This document shows, piece by piece, positions 43,342-51,853 of a DNA stretch of 52,919 nt. The stretch's first letter is position 1; each line of letters begins with the position of its first letter. The stretch spans positions 1 to 52,919 of the forward strand of contig JAYSRO010000345.1 in the NCBI GenBank assembly GCA_043720995.1. The letters run 5' to 3'. The notes under the pieces are model-generated. The model was not told where the DNA came from. It saw only the letters and a list, made by a program, of their open reading frames with translations, and ran no database searches. The position numbers and the translations under genes were made by a program. Origin of the DNA: Candidatus Eiseniibacteriota bacterium. GTDB lineage: Bacteria > Eisenbacteria > RBG-16-71-46.

Positions 43342-46300
43342 TCAGCGAACGACGACGATGCGGCTCACATACGAGCGCCCTGCAGCGGCCAACCGCACGT
43401 AATAAATCCCCGGAGACAACTTCGCGCCGCCATCGCGGCCGTCCCAATCGACGCGATAGTGGCCCGCCAGGTACTCACCGTGGGCAAGTCGCGAACGCAC
43501 GCGGCCCTGCAGGTCGAGCACATCGAGTTCCACTGGCGTTGCCTTCGCGAGTGCAAACTCGAGCGTCATGGGACCGAGCGAAGGATTGGGCCATGCCTTC
43601 CCCAGCGAGGTCCCGCGCGGCGCACCCGCAGCGCTCTTCACGGGACCAAGGATCGCGTACTCGCCGCTGGCTGTGGTCGCGAGCAAGCGGTACCAGTAAG
43701 TGTTTCCCGCGACCACGTCGCGGTCCTCGACGGCCGCCGCCCCGGGCTCGCTGCCGGTGTTCACCGCGACCGCAGTCCATGGACCTGCATCCGCGGGCGC
43801 GCGCTGCAATTCGAGGTGCGCGACCGCGGTGGCGCTCGACAGCGTCCACGTCACGCGAATCCCTAAGTCCGCAGGCTCGGCTTGGAAGCGCGTGACCACG
43901 GCCTCGGTCGTGACATCGTAGATCGAAAACGGCAGGTCGCTCTGGTCGCTGCCGATCTCGCCGTTGTCATCGAACACGCCGATCGTCGCCGACATCACTT
44001 CCGCCTTGCCCACGTTCGTCCCGGGCCCGCTCACGAGCCACGTGTACGTACCGGTATTGGGAACGTTCTCGGCCAGCAGTTCCCAGTTGAAGGCTTCGGA
44101 CCTCGCAAGGTAGATCGACACGACCGGCGCGATCTCGGCCGCCGAGGCGTCCCAGCGGATGACCGCGGGCGTTCCGACGCGCCATGACTCGCCGTCATTG
44201 GGCGACAGCACGCGCGCGAACGGGCCGAACGCCGGGCTCACGTGTTCGAAGATCGGTTCGGATGTGCTGAACCTGAAGTGGGTGCCCCCGGAATAGTCCG
44301 CGGTCACCCGGTGGTCGCCGTCCGCCAACGCATGCAGTGTGAGCGACGCCACGCCATCGATGATCGGGACGCCGGGGGCCGGCACGCCATCCAGCCAGAA
44401 GACAATGGTTCCCTCGCTCGTGCGCGGCGTCACGTTGCAGGTGAATCGCACCAACGATCCCGAGGTCATGGGATTGGCGCTGCTCGTGAGCCGCGTCGTC
44501 GTCAGGCCACCCAGCACCTCGACGTAGAGCGCCTGGAGCGCGGCCGAGTAGAGCGTGTCGCCCAGGTACGTCGCGCGGATCTCCAGCGCGGAAGTCTCCA
44601 TGAACGGTAGCGTCAGTGTGGCAAGCCCGTGATCGAGCGGCACCGTTGCGAGTACCGCATCGCCAGCCGTGAACTGCACCGCACCGGTGACACCCGGCGG
44701 CTGGACGCTCGCGGACAGCGTGACCGGAACGCCCACGGGGATCGGCGTCGCGGAACAGTTGAGGGTGAGCGTCGTGGGCAGGCCGGCGAACACCTGGATC
44801 ACTTCCCTGGCGCCGGGCGCAAAGTCAGCGCTGCCGCCATAGCGGGCGAAGATGTGTCGCAAGCCGAAGCCCGGAGCGTGGTAACGCACGGTCGCGGTCC
44901 CCGCGATCAGCGGCACGATCGCGACGAGACCGGAGTCATCGGCGAACTCCATTTCCCCGTCCGGCGGAGTCGGCGAGACCACCGCCCTGAACTCGACATC
45001 ACGGCTCGTGCTGGGAGCCGGCGGCGCGAAGATGAATACCGTCGTCGGGAACTTGATGTAGATGGTTTCGAGCACCGAGTCGCGCGCCGGGGCGCACAGC
45101 GTGTCGCCCGCGTATTCCACGCGCACGTTGTGGATCCCGGTCGCCGTCGCGGGCACCGTGAGTACAGCGAAGCTGCCCACAATGGGAATCGTGCCGAGCG
45201 GGACGCCGTCATCCATGCTGAAGCGAACGTTGCCGCTGGCCTCGGGCCGCAAGTGAGCGGCAATGGTGAGCGTGCGGCCGACGAGCGTGGGATTCTCGGG
45301 AATGTAGAGCGTCAGGCCTGCCGGCAGGCGCGGGTTCGTCTGTTGCACCACGAACCCGCCACTCGGTTCGTACGTTGCATCGCCCGAATAAACCGCGGTG
45401 ATCGTTCGCGTGCCCGCGCGGGTCAGGGTCAACGGGAGCGTGGCCACGCCCGCGACCAGCGGCACGAGCGCCACGCTGTGACCTAAGATCCTGAACTCGA
45501 CCGAGCCCGTGGCGGCCTGCGGCGTGACGGAAGCGGTCAGCATCACGACGTGGCTCTCGAGATCCACACTGCGGCTACTGGTGAGCACCAGTGATGAGGC
45601 AACGCTGCCGCCCGGCGTTCCGCGCAAAGGCAGACGCGCGGTGCGAACGGTCGAGGTCGAGTCGCCCAGCTCGACCCATCCCGCCACCGAGGCGTGGCCC
45701 GCCTCCGTGGCCAGCACCGGCGGCCAGCTCGCGGACGGCAGCACGCTGATCACGCCGCCATTGGCCGGTTCGCCGAAGAGTAAATCGCCCACCGCGTCGA
45801 AGTGGTGGTAGCGCAGGGTCCACGCACTACCGCCCGCGCCGTTGTCCAACCAGGCGACGAAGGCGCCTCCAACCCCATCACTGCTCAACGCGGGCAACAC
45901 CTGATCGCCCGGCTCCGCGCAGATGGCCTTCCCATCGAGGGGCCAGCCCGGGGCAGGGACGCCCGTCGCGCGAAGGTGTTGCGCATAGACGTCGGCCAAG
46001 CCGCTCGCGGTGCCGCCCCGTTGATCGGTCCAGGTGACGAACATGCCGCCGGCGCCATCCGTGACGACGGGTCCGACGCGGCCACTCCAATTGGTGTAAC
46101 CGCCGTAGCGATTCGGTCCATAGAGCGAAGGTTGTGAGCACACGCTCACGCCCGCCGTGTTCCAGCTCGCATCACCGCTGGCGTTGAAGCGCTGCGCGAG
46201 CACGGTCTCGTGAGTGGCCGCGCGCGTAGCGGCCCACGTCACGATCGCACCGCCCGCCCCGTCTGAGACGAGCCCCGGCGCCGTCTGTTGCAATGTGTCC

Positions 46301-47196
46301 GCGCTGGCCCGCTTGCCGTTCATCGCCCAGCCCTGCGCGAAGGCACCGGTCGCGGTGAGGTGATTGATGGCGGCGAACGTAACCGGATAGCCGTCGATCC
46401 AGGCGAGATAGGCGCCGCCGTTGCCATCGGCGATGATGCTGGGTCCCTCGGCGGAATAGGAATAGGCGAACGCGATGCCCTGGGGCCACTGCGGGTCGGC
46501 GGCGCCCGCGGAGTTGAAGTGGCGAACGAGCAAGGTGTTGCCGAACAATTGTGTCGTGTACTGCCACGCGAGGAACACGCCTCCGTTGCCGTCGCCGGCG
46601 ATCGCCGGCCGTGAGTCGCCGTGGCGGAATTTTTCGGTTCCGGGGCCCGGCGCGGGGCTTCCCGGATGCGGCGTTGCCAAAGGCTGTGCGCCCGCGGCGA
46701 TGCCACCGCGGAGGCGTCCCGGCTCGAAGGCGACGATCGGGGCCATGGCAGCGGAGGGTCCCGCGGCGCTCAAGTAGCGAAGGCCCACGCCACCGAAGTC
46801 GGTGCCGGCGTCCCACGCCACGTAGGCTCCACCGGCGCCATCGGAGATGATCGACACGTTGTCGAACACACCGGCCGCCGACGAGATGAGCACGCCATCC
46901 GCCGGCCATCCCGCGACGACATCGCCGGCACCGGTGTAGTGCTGAGCATGGACCAGGTGGTCCTGGCCGCTCTCCGCGAGCCACGCGACGTAGGTGCCGC
47001 CCAATCCGTCGGCGACGACGCGCGGCATCACCTGCCACGCCGGAGCGGCCGACGCGACGCCGGGCGCGAAGACAGCGCCTGCGCTCATCAACGCGAGCAT
47101 CGCGAACGCAACACGCAACGCTCGAGCGCAGCAGGCGGCTTGGGCGCAACAGGCGACTTGGGCGGAGCGGACGCCCCGGGGAACCAGGGGATTCAC
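43342..47196 (-). CDS. Giant secreted protein: 7x DG-x-GG-x-[YFI]-[VL]-[AT]-W repeat (propeller-like) region + multiple bacterial Ig-like (Big_3_5-type) domains + Por-tail/FlgD-Ig-like C-terminal domain
   Basis: GTG start 6 nt after GGAGG. Long signal ending AVFAPGVASA. Seven spaced DGxGGxxVAW motifs. Repeated modules of the type LTASVTPQAATGSVEFRILG...ITAVYSGDATYEPS. The C-terminus is LSPGIYYVRLAAAGRSYVSRIVVVR. Confidence 0.85.
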   Translation of the reverse strand: MNPLVPRGVRSAQVACCAQAACCARALRVAFAMLALMSAGAVFAPGVASAAPAWQVMPRVVADGLGGTYVAWLAESGQDHLVHAQHYTGAGDVVAGWPADGVLISSAAGVFDNVSIISDGAGGAYVAWDAGTDFGGVGLRYLSAAGPSAAMAPIVAFEPGRLRGGIAAGAQPLATPHPGSPAPGPGTEKFRHGDSRPAIAGDGNGGVFLAWQYTTQLFGNTLLVRHFNSAGAADPQWPQGIAFAYSYSAEGPSIIADGNGGAYLAWIDGYPVTFAAINHLTATGAFAQGWAMNGKRASADTLQQTAPGLVSDGAGGAIVTWAATRAATHETVLAQRFNASGDASWNTAGVSVCSQPSLYGPNRYGGYTNWSGRVGPVVTDGAGGMFVTWTDQRGGTASGLADVYAQHLRATGVPAPGWPLDGKAICAEPGDQVLPALSSDGVGGAFVAWLDNGAGGSAWTLRYHHFDAVGDLLFGEPANGGVISVLPSASWPPVLATEAGHASVAGWVELGDSTSTVRTARLPLRGTPGGSVASSLVLTSSRSVDLESHVVMLTASVTPQAATGSVEFRILGHSVALVPLVAGVATLPLTLTRAGTRTITAVYSGDATYEPSGGFVVQQTNPRLPAGLTLYIPENPTLVGRTLTIAAHLRPEASGNVRFSMDDGVPLGTIPIVGSFAVLTVPATATGIHNVRVEYAGDTLCAPARDSVLETIYIKFPTTVFIFAPPAPSTSRDVEFRAVVSPTPPDGEMEFADDSGLVAIVPLIAGTATVRYHAPGFGLRHIFARYGGSADFAPGAREVIQVFAGLPTTLTLNCSATPIPVGVPVTLSASVQPPGVTGAVQFTAGDAVLATVPLDHGLATLTLPFMETSALEIRATYLGDTLYSAALQALYVEVLGGLTTTRLTSSANPMTSGSLVRFTCNVTPRTSEGTIVFWLDGVPAPGVPIIDGVASLTLHALADGDHRVTADYSGGTHFRFSTSEPIFEHVSPAFGPFARVLSPNDGESWRVGTPAVIRWDASAAEIAPVVSIYLARSEAFNWELLAENVPNTGTYTWLVSGPGTNVGKAEVMSATIGVFDDNGEIGSDQSDLPFSIYDVTTEAVVTRFQAEPADLGIRVTWTLSSATAVAHLELQRAPADAGPWTAVAVNTGSEPGAAAVEDRDVVAGNTYWYRLLATTASGEYAILGPVKSAAGAPRGTSLGKAWPNPSLGPMTLEFALAKATPVELDVLDLQGRVRSRLAHGEYLAGHYRVDWDGRDGGAKLSPGIYYVRLAAAGRSYVSRIVVVR

Positions 47197-47322
47197 AGCA
47201 AACCTCCGAATCGAACGGGATCAGCAGGCAAGTCCGCGCGACGCCGGCGCGGTTGGATCCATCGATGTTCGGATAACAAGGTCGCTGGTGGTGGTCTCCG
47301 GTGGGACAAGGAACAGCCCGCG

Positions 47323-47332
47323 AATATTAATA
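47323..47332 (-). promoter_or_regulatory. AT-only decamer (tattaatatt on the minus strand), a possible -10 region for the giant gene
   Basis: This is the only pure A/T run in the 228-bp spacer between the Omp85-like stop and the giant-gene start, about 125 nt upstream of the GTG. I found no convincing -35 at canonical spacing. Confidence 0.25.
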
Positions 47333-47424
47333 CCCCGCGCACGCGGCAAGAAGCGGTTTATCCCGCAGACACGTCAATTCGCGCAACCCCGCAGGCTGAA
47401 ACGGCTTGGGGTTAGGAGCAGCCC

Positions 47425-48855
47425 CTACTCCCCGTCGCCCTTACTCAAGCCCCCGAACTTGCCCATCCGGTCGAGCCCGCGGCCAATGCTGAGGGTGAAG
47501 CGATCGCCGGTGTCGCTCGGACCCACGGGACGTGCCCAGTTGAAGCGCACGAACAACGCGGGATTGGGGATGCCGGGCTGGAACATCACCGCGACGCCGA
47601 CTTCCTTGCGCCAGTCCGAGGCGTTGGGCCAGTCGAGGCCGGGGCGCACGATGCCAGTGTAGGGATCACGTCCCCACGCGGCACCCACCGCCCCAAACGC
47701 GGCGAGCTGAACGGGCACGGGCGAGACCATTGGCAAGTGCAGCAACTCGAACACATCGCGCACCATGATGACGTCGAGCTTGGCGAGCGCCAGACGCGAG
47801 CCGCCAACGCTGCCGTAAGGAACGCTGCGCAGCGTATGCACTCCACCGAGCGTGAGCGCGGTCTGCCGCGTGAATTCTCCGGTGAGCGCGCCGTACTCGA
47901 CCTGCGGCACGAGCGCCACCACTCGCCCGATGGCGAGATCGGCGCCGAGAACCGCGCGCGTCCTGCGATACTCGAAGTCGCTGTTGATCGAGCGGCTCGA
48001 GGTAACGTGTTCCAGCTGCGCGGTCACGGGGCTCTTCGGTACGCGCCACAGCAGCTCGTATTCCAGTTCACGCGCGCGGCCGAAGCGGGCGGGCAGGTTG
48101 TCGATGACCTCAGGGCGCTTGTGCCGCAGGTTCCAGGTCGCGGTCGTCACGAGGGGTGACTCGAGCTCGTCGCGGTAGCGGGCGGTCAGCCGGTGGGCCT
48201 GGCCTTCGCGCGACAGCCCCACGACGATTCCGTCCTGGCGCACAAAGTGTTCGCGCCCACGGCCCGAAATGAACGAGCCGAGCGTGAGCAGGTCGTTGCG
48301 TTCGTACTCGCGGTCCATCGCCGGCGTCGCGCGCCCGCCCCACAGTGAGAGGTCCCAGCGTTCGTTGTCGCGGCGCAACGTCTTCAGGTAGGACGCATGA
48401 CCCAGCACGAGGTTGGGTCCCGCTGCCCACGCCCAGTCGCCGCTCAGCTTGCCCCAACGGTGTGGCTTGCCGAGGCCGGCGCCCAGTCCCATCACGGGGC
48501 CATCGACGCGATTGAAGTCGAACACGGGATGCAGCGAGAGCGTGCGACGCTTGCGGTAGCCCCAGCGCTCGGGATGATCGAGCGCGAAGACGCGCGCGCT
48601 GTCGAGGCCCGTGGTATCGATCGGCGCGGCGAGTTCGCCGAAGTGCGCGTTGGTCGAGTCGGCGAGGGTGTCGAGGTAGCGCCCGAGCAAGCTGTCCGCC
48701 GCGACCGGCTCATCGGCGCGCGCCACGACCACAACGCCCAGCAGGCCGACGAGTACGCAACCCAGCGCAGCTGCGGCGAGGCGGGTCACGCACGCGCGGC
48801 GAACTTCGCAAGCCCGGCGCGCGATCCGGTGGAACACTCCAAGCGTCGCGCTCAT
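47425..48855 (-). CDS. Outer-membrane beta-barrel protein, Omp85/surface-antigen(D15)-like, without obvious POTRA repeats
   Basis: N-terminal anchor/signal LAAAALGCVLVGLLGVVVVARA. Alternating beta-strand patterning. ALTLGGVHTLRSVPYGSVGGSRLA resembles the Omp85 LGG..xRG[YF] loop-6/strand motif. Its ATG overlaps the upstream stop (ATGA). Confidence 0.6.
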   Translation of the reverse strand: MSATLGVFHRIARRACEVRRACVTRLAAAALGCVLVGLLGVVVVARADEPVAADSLLGRYLDTLADSTNAHFGELAAPIDTTGLDSARVFALDHPERWGYRKRRTLSLHPVFDFNRVDGPVMGLGAGLGKPHRWGKLSGDWAWAAGPNLVLGHASYLKTLRRDNERWDLSLWGGRATPAMDREYERNDLLTLGSFISGRGREHFVRQDGIVVGLSREGQAHRLTARYRDELESPLVTTATWNLRHKRPEVIDNLPARFGRARELEYELLWRVPKSPVTAQLEHVTSSRSINSDFEYRRTRAVLGADLAIGRVVALVPQVEYGALTGEFTRQTALTLGGVHTLRSVPYGSVGGSRLALAKLDVIMVRDVFELLHLPMVSPVPVQLAAFGAVGAAWGRDPYTGIVRPGLDWPNASDWRKEVGVAVMFQPGIPNPALFVRFNWARPVGPSDTGDRFTLSIGRGLDRMGKFGGLSKGDGE

Positions 48856-49736
48856 GGCTTCTCCCCTCCGACAAACAACGAGTCGGCGAGCCCGGTGTTG
48901 ATGGTGTAGCGGTCGAACAACATCGCGATCTCGGCGCGCCTGCCGAGGTCAGGCAGCGCGAACCTGAACTTCGCGCGGATCAGCACCTTGTGCAGCATCC
49001 AGAACGACCCCACGCGCACGCGCTCGATCACGACCTTGTCGATGTCCTTGACGATCAAGGCGCTGGGCGAGCGTTCGAACTCCACCTCCTGGCGCAGGAT
49101 CACGAACTCATTCGCATCGACCCACACCAGACCGCTCGGCGCCGCCGGGTCGAGCAGCGACTTGGGCTCGAAGCGAATGCGGTAGATCACGTGGCCACCG
49201 ACGATGTCGCGGCCGACGATGTGGTAGCGAAAGTTGCGGCGCTCTTCCGGGCGGAAGGCGTGATTGACCACCTGCTCGCTCATGTCCGCGCCAAAACTCA
49301 CCTGCATGTTCACCTTCTTCTTGTCCTTCGGCTTCTCCGGTTTGCGCGTCGTGCGCCGCAGCATGACGGAGCGCGCATCGGCCGGCTTGCGGCGGTACAC
49401 CTGCCATGCGGACTCCTCGAGCAGGAACGGCGGGCCGTCCTCGGTCTTCGCCCCCATCACGCGCATCGTGGCCACGAAGGACTGGTCGACGAGCAGCGAA
49501 TCGCGGCGGCGCTCGCCGCGGGCGATGCGATCGAGAATTTCGTCCAGCGTCACGCGCGGCGCGCGAACCAGCACCTCGGGCACCGAGGTGGTCATGGTGT
49601 CTTCGCGGGCGAGCGTGGGGCCGGGTGCTGGCGCCTCGGCGGCGTGCGCGCGCACGGCGACCACCGGGCCGGCGAGCAACAGGAGTGCGAGCAACAACGC
49701 GGGACGTGCGGCGCTAAGGACCGTCAAGGTGCTCAT
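48852..49736 (-). CDS. Exported LolA-like (outer-membrane lipoprotein-sorting fold) protein
   Basis: Signal MSTLTVLSAARPALLLALLLLAGPVVAVRAHA. YHIVGRDIVGGHVIYRIRFEPKS...GLVWVDANEFVILRQEVEF...GSFWMLHKVLI matches the LolA_like (PF17131-type) pattern as I remember it. Confidence 0.55.
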   Translation of the reverse strand: MSTLTVLSAARPALLLALLLLAGPVVAVRAHAAEAPAPGPTLAREDTMTTSVPEVLVRAPRVTLDEILDRIARGERRRDSLLVDQSFVATMRVMGAKTEDGPPFLLEESAWQVYRRKPADARSVMLRRTTRKPEKPKDKKKVNMQVSFGADMSEQVVNHAFRPEERRNFRYHIVGRDIVGGHVIYRIRFEPKSLLDPAAPSGLVWVDANEFVILRQEVEFERSPSALIVKDIDKVVIERVRVGSFWMLHKVLIRAKFRFALPDLGRRAEIAMLFDRYTINTGLADSLFVGGEKP

Positions 49737-50033
49737 GTGCCCTCATTCCAAGTGTTTGGCGCTCGCGGGCGCGGCACGCTAGCACGCGTTGCGGCGGACC
49801 CGCAACAGTTTGCCCCTTGCCGTCGCCGCTTCCATGGCTGCCGGTGAATACGCGTCAATCTCGCGGATGTTGTGTCGCCACAGGCACATCGCGCCACGCC
49901 GCGGCGTGACGGCATCCGCCGACGCCACGATTCCTGAGCAAGTCGCGATCCGGCACGCGACGTGCTGAATCCTCCTCTGCCGGGCTGCACATCCCGAGTG
50001 TTTCGGTTTGCGGCGGCCCCTTACGGAGGAACC

Positions 50034-50843
50034 ATGAACATCCGCATCGCCTTCTCTGCACTCGCGCTCGCCGGTCTCGCCGCCGCACCGGCGCTTGCGG
50101 ATCCCTCGATCACTTACCCGAGCGACAAGCCGGGCCTCGCGGTCGTCATCACGCAGGTCGCGGATGAGTTGCGCGCCCTGGCGCCGATCGGCCGCGTGCA
50201 CCCCGTCAATGAATCGATCCGCTACCGGCCGCGGTGGCGGGATGCCTCCCGCGGCAGCAACTCGCCCAGCAACATGAACGGCTACGTGCAATTGCACGGC
50301 GGCGTGTTCAATCCCGCGGGTGACGTGTCCAATGGAGCCCTGTTCGGCATGCGCATCGGCACGAACGTGGACGATCGAGTGCAGGTCGGCGGCCAGCTCG
50401 ACTGGAGCCATCGCGGCGATCGCCAGACCGCGGTTATCGGCAGCGGTGACCTGCCCGGCGGCGGCAGCGTCGAGCGGCGGCGTGAGCTGTCGAGCGTGTC
50501 GTCGGATCTCGTTCCCTTGATGGCGTTCGTGCAGGTATCCCCCACGGGCACCCACCAGGGGCCGTATCTCGGACTCGCCGGCGGCTACCAGGCGCTGTTC
50601 GTCTCGGCGCAGGACTTCGCGACGGGCGATGACTTCAGCGCCACCTATGACGGTTGGGGCTGGCAGTTCTACGGCGGCTACGCCTATCCGTTGTCCGGCG
50701 TGACGCGGCTCACCATCGAAGGCTTCGTCAACAACGCGCAACTCGACCGCCAGGTCGACGACCCGCTGACTGGCGTGACCTACCGCGAGATCGTGGATGG
50801 TGGCGGCGCGGGAGTTCGGGGTGGCGTGAGCTGGTCTTTTTAG
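50034..50843 (+). CDS. Outer-membrane beta-barrel protein (OMP_b-brl/OmpW-like small porin fold)
   Basis: GGAGGA 4 nt upstream of the ATG. Signal MNIRIAFSALALAGLAAAPALA. Alternating aromatic/Gly strands. C-terminal GVRGGVSWSF ends in Phe, the classical BAM recognition signature. Confidence 0.7.
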   Translation: MNIRIAFSALALAGLAAAPALADPSITYPSDKPGLAVVITQVADELRALAPIGRVHPVNESIRYRPRWRDASRGSNSPSNMNGYVQLHGGVFNPAGDVSNGALFGMRIGTNVDDRVQVGGQLDWSHRGDRQTAVIGSGDLPGGGSVERRRELSSVSSDLVPLMAFVQVSPTGTHQGPYLGLAGGYQALFVSAQDFATGDDFSATYDGWGWQFYGGYAYPLSGVTRLTIEGFVNNAQLDRQVDDPLTGVTYREIVDGGGAGVRGGVSWSF

Positions 50844-50855
50844 ACGCAGGCTTGG

Positions 50856-50889
50856 CGGGGGCTCCGGGAAACTGGGCCCCCGTTTAATT
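50856..50889 (+). terminator. Candidate intrinsic terminator
   Basis: 7-bp GC stem cgggggc (50856..50862) / gcccccg (50876..50882), followed by tttaatt. Confidence 0.5.
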
Positions 50890-50926
50890 GCTGCGGCTGA
50901 GGGATGCTCCTTATAGTGTGGGCTCC

Positions 50927-51853
50927 ATGCCCCGCCGCTCGCCTCGCGCCAAGAGAACCGCAGTCAAGCCATCGCGCTTGCCTGCCAAGGCAAAGCCACG
51001 CGCCACGCCCGGCTCGCGCCGCAAGGCTGCCGCCAAGCCGAAGCGCCGCAAGACCGCCGGGGCGCGCACGACGAGCACGCGATCCCGCGCGACGGCCGGC
51101 ACCGCGGGGACTCGCGGCACCCACGCGCGCCGCGCCAAGCCCAGTGCCCTCAGCACCGCGCGCACGCGACGCCGTGCGGAACCGCGGCCCAAAGCGAGTG
51201 GTCGCTTCGTGGCGCTCGAGCCTGCGCGCGTGCGTGACGTCCTGGCGATTCTCCAGCGCACCTACCCCGACGCCAAGTGCGCGCTCGACTTCAAGACGCC
51301 GCTGCAGTTGCTGATCGCGACGATCCTGTCCGCTCAGTGCACCGACGTCCGCGTGAACATGGTAACGCCAAACCTGTTTGCGCGTTACCCCGATGCCGAA
51401 GCCCTCGCCGCGGCCCCGATCGCGGATCTCGAGGAGGCGGTGCGCTCGACCGGCTTCTACCGCAACAAGGCGCGCGCCATCCGTGAATGCTGCGCCGATA
51501 TCGTCACGTTGCACGGCGGCAACGTGCCGCGCACGCTCGACGAGCTCACCGCCTTGCGCGGCGTCGGCCGCAAGACGGCCAATGTGGTGCTTGGCAACGC
51601 CTACGGCATCCCCGGGATGGTGGTCGATACGCACGTTACACGTCTCGCCAACCGGTTGGGCCTCACCCGCGAACAGGACGCGGTGAAGATCGAGTTCGCG
51701 CTGATGCCGCTGATGCCAAAGGAACAGTGGACGGTGTTCTCGCACTGGCTGATCCTGCACGGCCGCGCCACATGCAACGCGCGCAAGCCGCGCTGCTCCA
51801 CCTGCCCGCTCGCCGCGCACTGTCCGCGCGTTGGCGTGACGGGGTCCGCCTAG
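50927..51853 (+). CDS. nth: Endonuclease III (DNA-(apurinic/apyrimidinic site) lyase) with ~95-aa Lys/Arg/Ala-rich N-terminal extension
   Basis: LIATILSAQCTD, HhH-GPD segment LTALRGVGRKTANVVL...VVDTHV, and an Fe-S cluster loop C-x6-C-x2-C-x5-C (CNARKPRCSTCPLAAHC). ATG 50927. Confidence 0.88.
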   Translation: MPRRSPRAKRTAVKPSRLPAKAKPRATPGSRRKAAAKPKRRKTAGARTTSTRSRATAGTAGTRGTHARRAKPSALSTARTRRRAEPRPKASGRFVALEPARVRDVLAILQRTYPDAKCALDFKTPLQLLIATILSAQCTDVRVNMVTPNLFARYPDAEALAAAPIADLEEAVRSTGFYRNKARAIRECCADIVTLHGGNVPRTLDELTALRGVGRKTANVVLGNAYGIPGMVVDTHVTRLANRLGLTREQDAVKIEFALMPLMPKEQWTVFSHWLILHGRATCNARKPRCSTCPLAAHCPRVGVTGSA

